Positions 1-8,113 of a DNA stretch of 64,000 nucleotides are shown here, in pieces. Position numbers and translations under genes: made by a program. The DNA comes from Minisyncoccota bacterium (GTDB taxonomy: Bacteria > Patescibacteriota > Minisyncoccia > 2-02-FULL-40-12 > GWA2-44-9): assembly GCA_018062285.1 (NCBI GenBank), contig JAGOSO010000005.1, positions 2,697 to 66,696 of the forward strand, read 5' to 3'. How positions within the stretch are numbered: the stretch's first letter is position 1; each line of letters begins with the position of its first letter. The notes beneath the pieces were generated by a model. The model was not told where the DNA came from and ran no database searches. It saw only the letters and a list, made by a program, of their open reading frames with translations.

Positions 1-219
1 ACAGAAGATGAAGATCGGCACAACTTCGAAAAAACTAAATTTTATGTAGATGCTGGATTCCATGATATCGGTTATTTGCACGACGTTTTGGAGTGGCTTT
101 ATCTGGATGCTGGCGATATCGAAAAACAGCCAGACAGCCCAGCAAGAGTTCAGTTGCGCAGTGATTATGCTAATGAGATTCTCAAGGTTCGTAATTTAAT
201 AAAACAACAAAGCAAATAA
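1..219 (+). CDS. hypothetical protein, C-terminal fragment (5' end lies outside the window)
   Basis: Frame 1 is open from base 1 to a TAA at 217-219 (72 codons: TEDEDRHNFEKTKFYVDAGFHD...KQQSK). No recognised motif. Confidence 0.3.
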   Translation, partial: TEDEDRHNFEKTKFYVDAGFHDIGYLHDVLEWLYLDAGDIEKQPDSPARVQLRSDYANEILKVRNLIKQQSK

Positions 220-234
220 TTAATAAACAAATTT

Positions 235-480
235 GTGCCAATACAAAATGGTAAAAATTGTGAGAGTTGCTTGATGCCGTTTAGTAAAGATAAGGGTCAG
301 AGAGAATCCGATAAGTATTGCAGTCTCTGCTACAAAAACGGAAAGTTGTGCTACGAAGGTAATGATGTAAAAGAATTCCAGAGAGTTTGCTACGAAAGTA
401 TGGTAAAAGGAGGCACCAACAAATTGATGGCCAAGTTTTACACCTACATGGTTAAATTCGCTCCACGTTGGAGAAAATAG
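235..480 (+). CDS. putative zinc-ribbon domain protein (81 aa)
   Basis: It has two CxxC pairs: CESC near the N-terminus and CSLC about 20 residues later (KNCESCLMPF...DKYCSLCYKNG). This is typical of small putative zinc-ribbon proteins. I prefer it to the overlapping antisense ORF 220-489. Confidence 0.5.
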   Translation: MPIQNGKNCESCLMPFSKDKGQRESDKYCSLCYKNGKLCYEGNDVKEFQRVCYESMVKGGTNKLMAKFYTYMVKFAPRWRK

Positions 481-501
481 CTTTATCAAAAGACTTAAAA
501 C

Positions 502-1314
502 ATGGGCACTGATTCAATCGTTAAGAAAGTTGGCAAACTCCCAGGTAAAACGGTTGCCGTTTTTGCTGGTGTTCACGGCAACGAAAAGGTTGGTATTTTG
601 ACATTGGATAAATTTATAAAAGAATTAGAAATAGAATCAGGAATAGCTTATTTTGTTTATGCTAATCCACCAGCCATAGAAAAAAATGTTCGAATGGTGG
701 ACAAGAATCTAAACCGCCTATTTTTTAGAGAAAACACGGGGGACACCTATGAAGATAAAAGGGCCGTTGAATTGATGGATATTCTGGACGAGTGCGAAGC
801 TCTTTTGGACTTACACTCTTATAATAGTGAATCAGGCGATCAGTTCGCCATCACTGAAGAAAACGGCTACGACTTAGTCAGCAAGATGGATTTTCCTATT
901 GTGGCCAGCGGTTTTAGTAATTTGGGCGGGGGAACTGACGGCTATATGCACAAGAAGGGGAAGATCGGTATTTGTATTGAATGCGGAACAACCAATAAAC
1001 ATGAGTCATTCCTCGGCTTGGCCGAGAATTCTATTTATCAATTTTTACAGTATTTTGGTTGCATAGAAAAAAGAGTTGAGTACTCTAATGTTTCTCAGAG
1101 ACATCTTAGGGTTAAAGAGATTATCTCTAAGAAAAATGATAATTTTAGATTTTCAAAAGAGTTTAGAACCTTTGACCTTCTCCCTGCAGGCGAGCCGTTT
1201 ATGTTTGACGGTGACGTGCAAAGAACCGCCCTTAACAACGAGTGCATATTGTTCCCACAACCAAAAACAAAAGTCGGAGACGATGCTGGTATCATCGGTG
1301 AATTCATCGACTAG
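502..1314 (+). CDS. succinylglutamate desuccinylase/aspartoacylase (AstE/AspA) family zinc hydrolase
   Basis: The N-terminal motif VAVFAGVHGNEKVG (HGNE metal-binding signature) and the 270-aa length match the AstE_AspA family. Confidence 0.65.
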   Translation: MGTDSIVKKVGKLPGKTVAVFAGVHGNEKVGILTLDKFIKELEIESGIAYFVYANPPAIEKNVRMVDKNLNRLFFRENTGDTYEDKRAVELMDILDECEALLDLHSYNSESGDQFAITEENGYDLVSKMDFPIVASGFSNLGGGTDGYMHKKGKIGICIECGTTNKHESFLGLAENSIYQFLQYFGCIEKRVEYSNVSQRHLRVKEIISKKNDNFRFSKEFRTFDLLPAGEPFMFDGDVQRTALNNECILFPQPKTKVGDDAGIIGEFID

Positions 1315-1376
1315 TAGTGCGTAACCACTTGACTAGTTATTTTTTAAAAGTATAGTTATGTTATTGGTTTTAATGT

Positions 1377-2021
1377 TTGGGGTGTAACCAAACTAAGCAC
1401 CTGACGATGTTGCAGGAATTAATCGCAGCAGTCATCCTTGGTGTTATTGGCGGTGTTATACCCGGCCCAGTTTTGGCGGCAACTTTTACAGAGATAATTC
1501 AGTCTGGCTTCATGGGGAGTTGGCGAATTATTTGGTGGGCAACCATAGCCGAAACCTCTGTCGCATTAATAAACTTAATTCTCCTCTCATCCCTTGGCTT
1601 ATCCAAGGCTTTTTTCTACTCATTTTCATTTGTTGGCGCAATTGTTCTGCTTTGGATTGCCAAGCGGTTGTGGGCAATCGCAACTTTAGACATTGAACAC
1701 AAAATACATTTCGGGGGCTGGCAGATTGCAGCCATGATTTTTACGAATGGGGCTCTTTGGATGTTTTGGATAACTGTGTGTATACCAAAAGCCATTGCCC
1801 TTGGCCAACAAGTTCCTGGGGGTCAATATTTGTTTATTACTTTTTATGAAATTGCTTGGGTTGGAACCACTGTTGCTATTGCTTATGTGTTCCATTGTTT
1901 CCGTCACTTACTTTCTCACCCAAAAACAGTACCCATTATTTTTAAAATATTTACCTTAATTTTTGTTTATTTCGCTATAAATATGATTTATTCTGGAGTC
2001 TCCTTCTTCTTGAGTAGGTAA
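1377..2021 (+). CDS. polytopic membrane protein, LysE/RhtB-like exporter family (tentative)
   Basis: About 6 predicted TM segments. An N-terminal GVIGGVIPGPV (PGP) motif is characteristic of LysE-type translocators. The start could be the internal ATG at 1407. Confidence 0.4.
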   Translation: MGCNQTKHLTMLQELIAAVILGVIGGVIPGPVLAATFTEIIQSGFMGSWRIIWWATIAETSVALINLILLSSLGLSKAFFYSFSFVGAIVLLWIAKRLWAIATLDIEHKIHFGGWQIAAMIFTNGALWMFWITVCIPKAIALGQQVPGGQYLFITFYEIAWVGTTVAIAYVFHCFRHLLSHPKTVPIIFKIFTLIFVYFAINMIYSGVSFFLSR

Positions 2022-2115
2022 TATTATCATTCTTGACGAATTAAAAAAGTGATGTTAATCTCAGGCCAGTTTTTATAGCGAGACGAACCTTTAAAACTCG
2101 CAGAAGGGTAGAGTC

Positions 2116-3114
2116 ATGACCAAGGAGATAGTTTTGTCAGGCATCCGTGCGACGGCACGATTGCACTTCGGTAATTTCTTGGGGGCAGTGAGGAATTTCG
2201 TGGATTTCCAGTCGCAGGGCTATCAGGGTCTGTATTTCATCGCCGATCTTCACACTCTCACAACCCTGAAGGATCCGGAAGAGCTCCGTCGGAATCTCAT
2301 CGAGATCACCAAGGATTACCTCGCAGCTGGACTCGATCCGAACAAGTCGATCATCTACGCTCAGTCGAGTGTTCCGGAAATTTCGGAACTCAGTCTTCTT
2401 CTGAGTATGCTCCAGCCGATGAACGAACTTGAGGGCATCGCAACTCTCAAGGATCTTGTCCGCAACTCCAAGGAGAAGGTTAACCTCGGTATGCTCACGT
2501 ATCCTGTTTTGATGGCGGCTGATATCCTTGGTCCCCAGGCGACACTTGTGCCTGTCGGGGAAGATCAGGAGCCGAACGTCGAGCTGGCACGTGAGCTTGC
2601 TCGACGGTTCAACAACCGGTTTGGTCAAACGTTTGTGGTGCCGGAGATGATGAAAGACATGGTTATGGTTCCAGGCCTCGATGGCCGGAAGATGAGCAAG
2701 TCTGATTCCGACAACACAATCGACATCAATTACACGCGAGATGAAATTTCGAAGCGATATCATGCGCGAGGCGTCACTGATACTCAGAGGTTGAGGGTCT
2801 CCGATCCTGGAGATCCTTACAATCGTTGTCGCTCGGTTTATCCTGTGCACGAAATTGTGACACCATTTGAACGGGAAAAGAGAACCATTGCCAATCTTTG
2901 CCTTGGGGGCAATATCGGGTGCAGGACCTGTAAAGGGATTCTTGTTGACAGTATCGCTGCTGTTCTTGAACCGTTTCAGGCGGCTCGGGCTGATCTGGCT
3001 AGCAAGGATGCGATGGTCCGAGAAATTCTTCATGAGGGTGGTATCAGGGCTCGGGCAATCATTCGGCCCACGCTTGAAGCTGTTCAAGACAAGATGGGTG
3101 TTGTCGTGTACTAA
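2116..3114 (+). CDS. trpS: tryptophan--tRNA ligase (class I aaRS) with C-terminal Cys4 (Fe-S-type) motif
   Basis: HIGH-region LHFGNFLGA and KMSKS (RKMSKSD) are present. Length is 332 aa. The C-terminus has C-x23-C-x6-C-x2-C (NRCRSV...NLCLGGNIGCRTCKG). The SD sequence GAAGGG lies upstream. GC is about 52%. Confidence 0.9.
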   Translation: MTKEIVLSGIRATARLHFGNFLGAVRNFVDFQSQGYQGLYFIADLHTLTTLKDPEELRRNLIEITKDYLAAGLDPNKSIIYAQSSVPEISELSLLLSMLQPMNELEGIATLKDLVRNSKEKVNLGMLTYPVLMAADILGPQATLVPVGEDQEPNVELARELARRFNNRFGQTFVVPEMMKDMVMVPGLDGRKMSKSDSDNTIDINYTRDEISKRYHARGVTDTQRLRVSDPGDPYNRCRSVYPVHEIVTPFEREKRTIANLCLGGNIGCRTCKGILVDSIAAVLEPFQAARADLASKDAMVREILHEGGIRARAIIRPTLEAVQDKMGVVVY

Positions 3115-3136
3115 TTTCGACGAAACAAAAAACAAA

Positions 3137-3165
3137 GGGGCGACCATCTGGTCGCCCCTCTTTTA
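3137..3165 (+). terminator. rho-independent terminator after trpS
   Basis: Hairpin GGGGCGACC-ATCT-GGTCGCCCC followed by TCTTTT. Confidence 0.7.
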
Positions 3166-3167
3166 AT

Positions 3168-3198
3168 AAAAAAATGCCCTCCCGTTGGTAAGGGAGGG
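3168..3198 (-). terminator. terminator hairpin downstream of tRNA-Trp (minus strand)
   Basis: CCCTCCC-GTTGGTAA-GGGAGGG stem-loop. On the minus strand it is followed by CATTTTTTT. Confidence 0.5.
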
Positions 3199-3199
3199 T

Positions 3200-3274
3200 T
3201 GGCGGGCACTGGGAGAGTCGAACTCCCGTATGCGGTTTTGGAGACCGCTGTCCTAGCCACTGAACGAAGTGCCC
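3200..3274 (-). tRNA. trnW: tRNA-Trp (anticodon CCA), CCA end encoded
   Basis: The minus-strand sequence GGGCACT-TC-GTTC-AGTGGCTA-GGAC-A-GCGGT-CTCCAAA-ACCGC-ATAC-GGGAG-TTCGACT-CTCCC-AGTGCCC-G-CCA folds as a cloverleaf. It has a 7-bp acceptor stem, U8, a GG-containing D-loop, a TTCGACT T-loop, and an anticodon loop CU-CCA-AA. Confidence 0.85.
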
Positions 3275-3319
3275 GCACGAAGGTGCAGTGACAGCATTTT
3301 AGCTCAGAGCCTTATAAAA

Positions 3320-3364
3320 GTCAATTTTTAAATAAAACGGGCGGGACCAGAAGGTCCCGCCCGG
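3320..3364 (-). terminator. terminator after the GCS2-like gene (minus strand)
   Basis: CGGGCGGGACC-AGAA-GGTCCCGCCCG hairpin at 3338-3363. On the minus strand it is followed by TTTTATTTAAAAATT. Confidence 0.5.
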
Positions 3365-3368
3365 GGGT

Positions 3369-4130
3369 TTAAAGCAGCGCGTCTTTGCAGATCTGGTGAC
3401 ACCGAATGGCCCAGGCGAGAATTTCAGTCACGTCTGGCGTTGCGCCAAACATTCTGAATTCAATTGTGCCGTGAGTCGAAATGCGGATGATGTGCCAGCA
3501 GTTCCGTGGTTTCTTCCAGAACCCGTTCTTGTTGGCGTACTTCTCGAAATCGCCCCAGTTCTTGTAGGTGGGTGGCTGGAAATTCGGCGCCATGATCTTG
3601 TAGATCTTGAGGCGTTCGCCGTTGGATTTGTCGCCGGCTGCGCACAGTTCGGGGATGTGTTTGATGGCCGCGTTGTAGGCGCGAATGGCCTGTCTTGGCG
3701 AGCCCATACCGACGTGGACATGTGTGCCAGCGACCCGGCAAGCTGCCCGGATCTTTTCCACTGTCATATCCTTCGTGATTTTCTGGTATCGACCAGTTGG
3801 ATCGGGATAGATGTCGAGTGGCATGTCGAACGGAGCCACTTCTTGGTGGAGCACCTCGAAGCCAAGGCGCACCCGGTCTTTTTCCAACATGTTCCTTAGA
3901 TCGATGAGGGCATCACCGATCATCTGGACTGGATGGGGTTTGGTCCGAGTCTCCAGCTGGCAGGCTGAGAGTTCATATCCGTACAAGCCATTGTTGGGCA
4001 GTTCGGGAATGAACTTCGGAGCGAGTGGGGAGATGATTCCATCTTTGACGAAGAAGCATTCTCTTTCAACGCCAAGATGCAGATGTCTGTCTTTGTTGAA
4101 CTCAAACTTTCTGCGAAAGGCTGCTGACAT
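3369..4130 (-). CDS. carboxylate-amine ligase, glutamate-cysteine ligase family 2 (GCS2/YbdK-like), short form
   Basis: The N-terminal HLHLGVEREC (E-x-E), the central GTHVHVGMG, and the C-terminal GTIEFRMFGATPD all match GCS2/YbdK signature motifs. SD AGGAG lies 7 nt upstream of the ATG. GC is about 53%. Confidence 0.55.
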   Translation of the reverse strand: MSAAFRRKFEFNKDRHLHLGVERECFFVKDGIISPLAPKFIPELPNNGLYGYELSACQLETRTKPHPVQMIGDALIDLRNMLEKDRVRLGFEVLHQEVAPFDMPLDIYPDPTGRYQKITKDMTVEKIRAACRVAGTHVHVGMGSPRQAIRAYNAAIKHIPELCAAGDKSNGERLKIYKIMAPNFQPPTYKNWGDFEKYANKNGFWKKPRNCWHIIRISTHGTIEFRMFGATPDVTEILAWAIRCHQICKDALL

Positions 4131-4321
4131 GGGAGCTCCTGTCCTAATTGCTTGTTAAGTTGCTTGTCTTACTGGCCCCAAACTTAACATATTTTGATTT
4201 TTTTTGTCAACCAATATCAGGTTTTTTATTCGAGATTAATTATTATAATTTGTCAAATTCATAATAAAAGAGTAAAGTTGAGCCTAAGGTCATTTGTTGG
4301 TCCCACCGCAGCTATAAAATA

Positions 4322-4981
4322 ATGGAATACCCAATCAGAATTAATAAATATGTTAGAGAGCTAGGATTGGCTTCACGACGTGAGGCCGATCTTCTTGTTG
4401 AGGAAGGTAAGGTTTTTATCAATGGCAAAAAAGCAGAGGCAGGGACAATGGTCCAAGAAAGCGACAAAGTCGTGGTAAAAGGTGAACAAAAAAAGTTTGA
4501 ATATTTGGCTTACTATAAACCTCGTGGGTTAGCCACCCAGGACTTAAAAGGCAAAAAGAGCGTCATTACTCTTTGGGAAGAAAGAGGGCTTTATCCTATC
4601 GGAAGATTAGATAAAGAATCTGAAGGGCTTTTGCTTTTAACCAATGATGGCCGTTTTGCTCGTGAAGTTTTATCAAAAGACACTAAATACGAAAAAGAAT
4701 ACGTGGTTGAGGTAAAAGAAAATATTCGAGCCGGTATTCCTGACATTTTTGCATCAGGCATGAAGACAGAAGGTCTAGGTAAGTTGTTGCCAGCCAAAGC
4801 CAAGATTATAAACCCAAATACTCTATCCGTGATTTTGATTGAAGGTAAGCGCCATCAAATCAGAGTCATGCTCAGTGAACTCAAATACACAATCACTTCG
4901 CTCAAGCGAATTAGAATCGGTGATATTAAACTCGGCAGTTTGAGGGCTAGTCAGACTCGGGCAATTACGCCCAAGATCTAG
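4322..4981 (+). CDS. rRNA pseudouridine synthase, RsuA/RluB family (S4 domain + catalytic domain)
   Basis: N-terminal S4 RNA-binding region (IRINKYVRELGLASRREADLLVEEGKVFINGK) and the catalytic motif PIGRLDKESEGLLLLTNDG. Length 219 aa. Confidence 0.8.
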   Translation: MEYPIRINKYVRELGLASRREADLLVEEGKVFINGKKAEAGTMVQESDKVVVKGEQKKFEYLAYYKPRGLATQDLKGKKSVITLWEERGLYPIGRLDKESEGLLLLTNDGRFAREVLSKDTKYEKEYVVEVKENIRAGIPDIFASGMKTEGLGKLLPAKAKIINPNTLSVILIEGKRHQIRVMLSELKYTITSLKRIRIGDIKLGSLRASQTRAITPKI

Positions 4982-5667
4982 TTGTAGCTAGGAGAATCTT
5001 TGTAGACAAACTTCTTGAACCGCGACCAGGCGGTTTTTGGTTTTTTGATTACCTGGATGACTTTGCCGTTTACTAAGTAGTTGTCTAAGTCATCGCGGTG
5101 AATAAAAATTGGAGCAAAGCTAGCACTGGATTCAGAAAGGAGGATAATGCGCTGGTTGTCACTGTCTTTGAAATAGCGTTTGATGTTAGCCATGCCATCA
5201 ATGATAGACAAGACATAATCACCGTTGTGGACACTACTAAAAGTTGGATCGACTAAAACATAATCACCATCCTCAACATTTTCACCGTTGATGTTGGCCT
5301 TGTTCATGGAATGGCCCGAAGCTTTGATGGCGAATATACCTTTTTTCTTGCTTAGGAGTTTTCCCGAGACACGGAGATAACCTTGAGCTTCTTGATCGGC
5401 GTATGCAGTGGCTGGTCCGCAGTTGGCAGTACCAAGGATGGGGATAGCCAATAGGGAATTGCGCTGTAACGCGCCAGGTCTCGTTTTAACCATGACTTTG
5501 GCCAAGCGATCCATTTGGATGAGACCGTTCTTTTCCAGCTGGAGAAGATGATGTTTAATTTTTTGGGGTGATGTTTCATTGATTAGTTTGCCTATTTCCC
5601 TAAGACTCATGTTGGCTAGATCGTTTTCTCCTGCCAGCGCTAATAATTTTTCTTGTAGATCGTGCAT
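4978..5667 (-). CDS. lexA: LexA-family transcriptional repressor (S24 peptidase) with a short C-terminal extension
   Basis: N-terminal wHTH. Ser nucleophile in ASGHSM. Lys in MANIKRY. There are about 20 extra Lys-rich C-terminal residues. It overlaps the rsuA stop by 4 nt. Confidence 0.8.
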   Translation of the reverse strand: MHDLQEKLLALAGENDLANMSLREIGKLINETSPQKIKHHLLQLEKNGLIQMDRLAKVMVKTRPGALQRNSLLAIPILGTANCGPATAYADQEAQGYLRVSGKLLSKKKGIFAIKASGHSMNKANINGENVEDGDYVLVDPTFSSVHNGDYVLSIIDGMANIKRYFKDSDNQRIILLSESSASFAPIFIHRDDLDNYLVNGKVIQVIKKPKTAWSRFKKFVYKDSPSYN

Positions 5668-5715
5668 ATGTTTATTTGAGTTAGGTTATCATGTGTCAAT
5701 TGTAACAAGTAATGT

Positions 5716-5735
5716 TGTCCACAGTCAATTGGACA
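5716..5735. promoter_or_regulatory. palindrome TGTCCA-N8-TGGACA in the lexA / arginine-kinase divergent intergenic region (candidate operator)
   Basis: TGTCCACAGTCAATTGGACA. It sits between two GTCAATTG direct repeats (5695 and 5724). It does not match the classical GAAC-N4-GTTC or CTGT-N8-ACAG boxes, so this is speculative. Confidence 0.2.
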
Positions 5736-5838
5736 CTCTTGACGGCATAAAATGTGAGCACGGCTATTTGAATATTGTTTATATTTGTGTATTATAGCCA
5801 AGCGAATATAACAAAGTCGCCTGAGGAGACACAAAACA

Positions 5839-6867
5839 ATGGACAACACAGAACAACAATCGTTGATGAAAAAGTTCTTGACCCCAGAGGTCAAGGAGAA
5901 GCTGAAGGATGTCGTTTCTCCTTCTGGTTTAGTTTTGGCTGACCTGACTCGCTCTGGTGATGAGAACCCAGACAGCAGTGTCGGTGTCTATTCAGCCGAC
6001 GAGGAGTCCTACTCTTTGTTCGCGCCGTTGTTCGACCCTGTGATCAATGAATACCATGGTCATGGAACGGAAGATCAACACAAGAGAGATCTTGATATTG
6101 CACATCTCGGTGAGATTGGCGATCTTGACCCAACCGGGGAATCGATCGTTTCAACTCGTATCCGTGTCGGGCGCAATCTCAAGGGTTTCCCATTCGCTCC
6201 GGGGATTACCCGTGAACAGCGTTTGGAAGTTGAACGTCGCGTTGTCGATGCTCTTTCGACTCTCACCGGCGATTTGGCGGGTACCTACTATCCGCTCGCT
6301 GGCATGTCCGAAGAAGTTCGTCAAAAGCTACAGGATGATCATTTCTTGTTCAAGCAAGGAGATCGGTTCCTTGCAAGTGCTGGCGCCAATCGTGATTGGC
6401 CAGAAGGTCGTGGAATTTTTCATTCCGCCGACAAGCGTTTCTTGGTCTGGGTGAACGAAGAAGACCAGCTCCGCATCATTTCGATGCAACAGGGTGGCAA
6501 CATCCGTGAGGTCTTCGCTCGTCTCGCCACAGCAATCGAGACTCTCGAGAAGAAGCTCGAGTTCGCTTACTCTGATCACCTCGGGTATCTTTCGAGTTGT
6601 CCGACCAACCTTGGCACTGCCATGCGCGCTAGCGTGCATGTGAAGTTGCCACTCTTGAGTCAGGCGCCTGATTTCAAGGCCATCTGCGCCGAGATCGGTT
6701 TGTCGGTTCGAGGTGTGGATGGAGAACACTCTGAAAGCAAGGGTGGTGTCTATGACATCTCCAACAAGCGTCGTCTTGGCATCTCTGAAGTTCAGGGTGT
6801 GCTGAATGTCGCTAGTGGTGTCTCCAGCTTGATCGAAGACGAAAAAGAACTCGCTTCAAAGCAGTAA
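5839..6867 (+). CDS. ATP:guanido phosphotransferase, eukaryote-type arginine kinase (phosphagen kinase)
   Basis: Active-site CPTNLGT followed by MRASVHVKLP. Also SRIRVGRNLKGFPF, GTYYPLAGMSEEVRQKLQDDHFLFKQGDRFL, and GRGIFHSADKRFLVWVNEEDQLRIISMQQGG. All closely track metazoan/protist arginine kinase blocks rather than McsB. SD GAGGAG. GC is about 55%. Confidence 0.85.
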   Translation: MDNTEQQSLMKKFLTPEVKEKLKDVVSPSGLVLADLTRSGDENPDSSVGVYSADEESYSLFAPLFDPVINEYHGHGTEDQHKRDLDIAHLGEIGDLDPTGESIVSTRIRVGRNLKGFPFAPGITREQRLEVERRVVDALSTLTGDLAGTYYPLAGMSEEVRQKLQDDHFLFKQGDRFLASAGANRDWPEGRGIFHSADKRFLVWVNEEDQLRIISMQQGGNIREVFARLATAIETLEKKLEFAYSDHLGYLSSCPTNLGTAMRASVHVKLPLLSQAPDFKAICAEIGLSVRGVDGEHSESKGGVYDISNKRRLGISEVQGVLNVASGVSSLIEDEKELASKQ

Positions 6868-6884
6868 AAGCCTCAGGGTTTTTT

Positions 6885-6915
6885 GGCCGGGCCTCAGTGC
6901 CCGGCCATTTTAATT
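6885..6915 (+). terminator. terminator after arginine kinase
   Basis: GGCCGGG-CCTCAGTG-CCCGGCC followed by ATTTTAATTT. Confidence 0.5.
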
Positions 6916-6966
6916 TGTTTGACTAGTAGCGTTAAAACGTGTTATTGTATTTTTAAGGAGAATCGA

Positions 6967-7419
6967 ATGAACGAAGTCGAAGAAGGGGATGTGACTGTTG
7001 TTGAAACAAAGGATTGGTTCGGGATGTTGGCGGTAAGTAACATCCTAAAGGTCGCTGATCGTCTCGCAAAGATGCTTGAGGGTCGGAAGTACACCTTCGT
7101 GTCTTTCAATGAATTCAGCCAAGAGCCACCGAAGTTCTTGCGAGGTCAGAGTCTGACACCTGAAACTGCGCCCAATGGACAAGCCGTCCGTGCCGCCATT
7201 GGAGAAGGTCTGTACAACGGTGCTCGTTTGATTGTCTGTGATTCTGCTGGTGGTTGGCAAGTGCCAACCAACATGATGAATGAACTTCAACGTCACGACA
7301 GAAAGGACTCGAAGTTCAACTTTGTTGGAGGCAGGACTTTCGTCGTGTCTTATAAGGCCGGTGCCGGCAACATGTTGATCTGGATGGTCTCCGTCGAACC
7401 CGACGAATTTGAACAGTGA
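6967..7419 (+). CDS. hypothetical protein (150 aa), GC-rich, co-located with arginine kinase
   Basis: Strong SD AAGGAG lies 7 nt upstream of the ATG at 6967. The ORF-track start at 6883 is a longer alternative. No motif recognised. Confidence 0.5.
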   Translation: MNEVEEGDVTVVETKDWFGMLAVSNILKVADRLAKMLEGRKYTFVSFNEFSQEPPKFLRGQSLTPETAPNGQAVRAAIGEGLYNGARLIVCDSAGGWQVPTNMMNELQRHDRKDSKFNFVGGRTFVVSYKAGAGNMLIWMVSVEPDEFEQ

Positions 7420-7440
7420 GCCCGCGACGAGAAAGGCCAA

Positions 7441-7467
7441 GGCCCGCCTCATCCGCGGGCCTTTTTT
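7441..7467 (+). terminator. rho-independent terminator
   Basis: GGCCCGC-CTCATCC-GCGGGCC-TTTTTT. A second hairpin, CAGACC-CGCTTGT-GGTCTG-TTTTGTTTTT, follows at about 7473-7500. Confidence 0.7.
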
Positions 7468-7522
7468 AATTCCAGACCCGCTTGTGGTCTGTTTTGTTTT
7501 TATTTATGATAGATTCACGATT

Positions 7523-8113
7523 ATGAACGATTTACCAAAGGAACAATATAAAGAATTTGCAGAGGAGTATTCAAAGACGATTGAAATCCCAGAAGAAAAA
7601 GGGAAGCAGTTTTTGCTTTGTCCTGTTGGGATAGTTGGAGCCGGCAAAACCACTGTTGTTAAGCCTTTAGCTGAAAAGTTTGGCTTAGTAAGAATCTCAA
7701 GCGATGAAATGAGAAAAATGTTGAAAGAAAAAGGCTTTAGTTACAAAGGAGTTCAAGAAATGGCTTTAATCGTTGTAAGAGACTTTATTATCAAAGGATA
7801 TGGTGTGGCAATTGACGCAGATTGCTCTAAGCCTGAGAGGAGAAAGGAGATCGAAAATTTTTCTGCCAAAACTTCAATTCCGCTTATCTGGATTCACATA
7901 AATCCACCAGAAGAGTTTATTTTAAACAAACTTAGAAACTATAAACATACTTGGTTATTTAAAGATGCCGATGAAGCAATTGGGAATTATGAATTTCGCA
8001 AACCATTACATCAAAATTTAGATTTTAATTTTACTTATACATTTGATACCTCTAAATCAAATCTCTCTGACCAAATCGAGGAAGCCTACCAGATTATTAA
8101 ATCAGCAATATAA
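7523..8113 (+). CDS. P-loop NTPase, AAA_33/zeta-toxin-like small kinase family
   Basis: Walker A GIVGAGKTT. About 196 aa from the ATG at 7523. The ORF-track start at 7409 overlaps the terminator, so I prefer the internal Met. Confidence 0.5.
   Translation: MNDLPKEQYKEFAEEYSKTIEIPEEKGKQFLLCPVGIVGAGKTTVVKPLAEKFGLVRISSDEMRKMLKEKGFSYKGVQEMALIVVRDFIIKGYGVAIDADCSKPERRKEIENFSAKTSIPLIWIHINPPEEFILNKLRNYKHTWLFKDADEAIGNYEFRKPLHQNLDFNFTYTFDTSKSNLSDQIEEAYQIIKSAI

Noticed and set aside
220-489. 89-aa minus-strand ORF overlapping the zinc-ribbon ORF
   Set aside because: The + strand frame shows paired CxxC motifs typical of a zinc-ribbon protein. The minus frame is hydrophobic low-complexity with no support. 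The call remains only moderately confident.
2137-3147. 336-aa ORF antisense to trpS
   Set aside because: It has no recognisable motif and no SD. The sense strand carries complete class I aaRS HIGH/KMSKS motifs. Long antisense ORFs are expected in GC-rich, stop-poor DNA.
3396-4158. Several 60-170-aa ORFs on the + strand and in alternative frames across the GCS2-like gene
   Set aside because: They overlap a motif-bearing minus-strand CDS that has a good SD. They are GC-rich frame artefacts.
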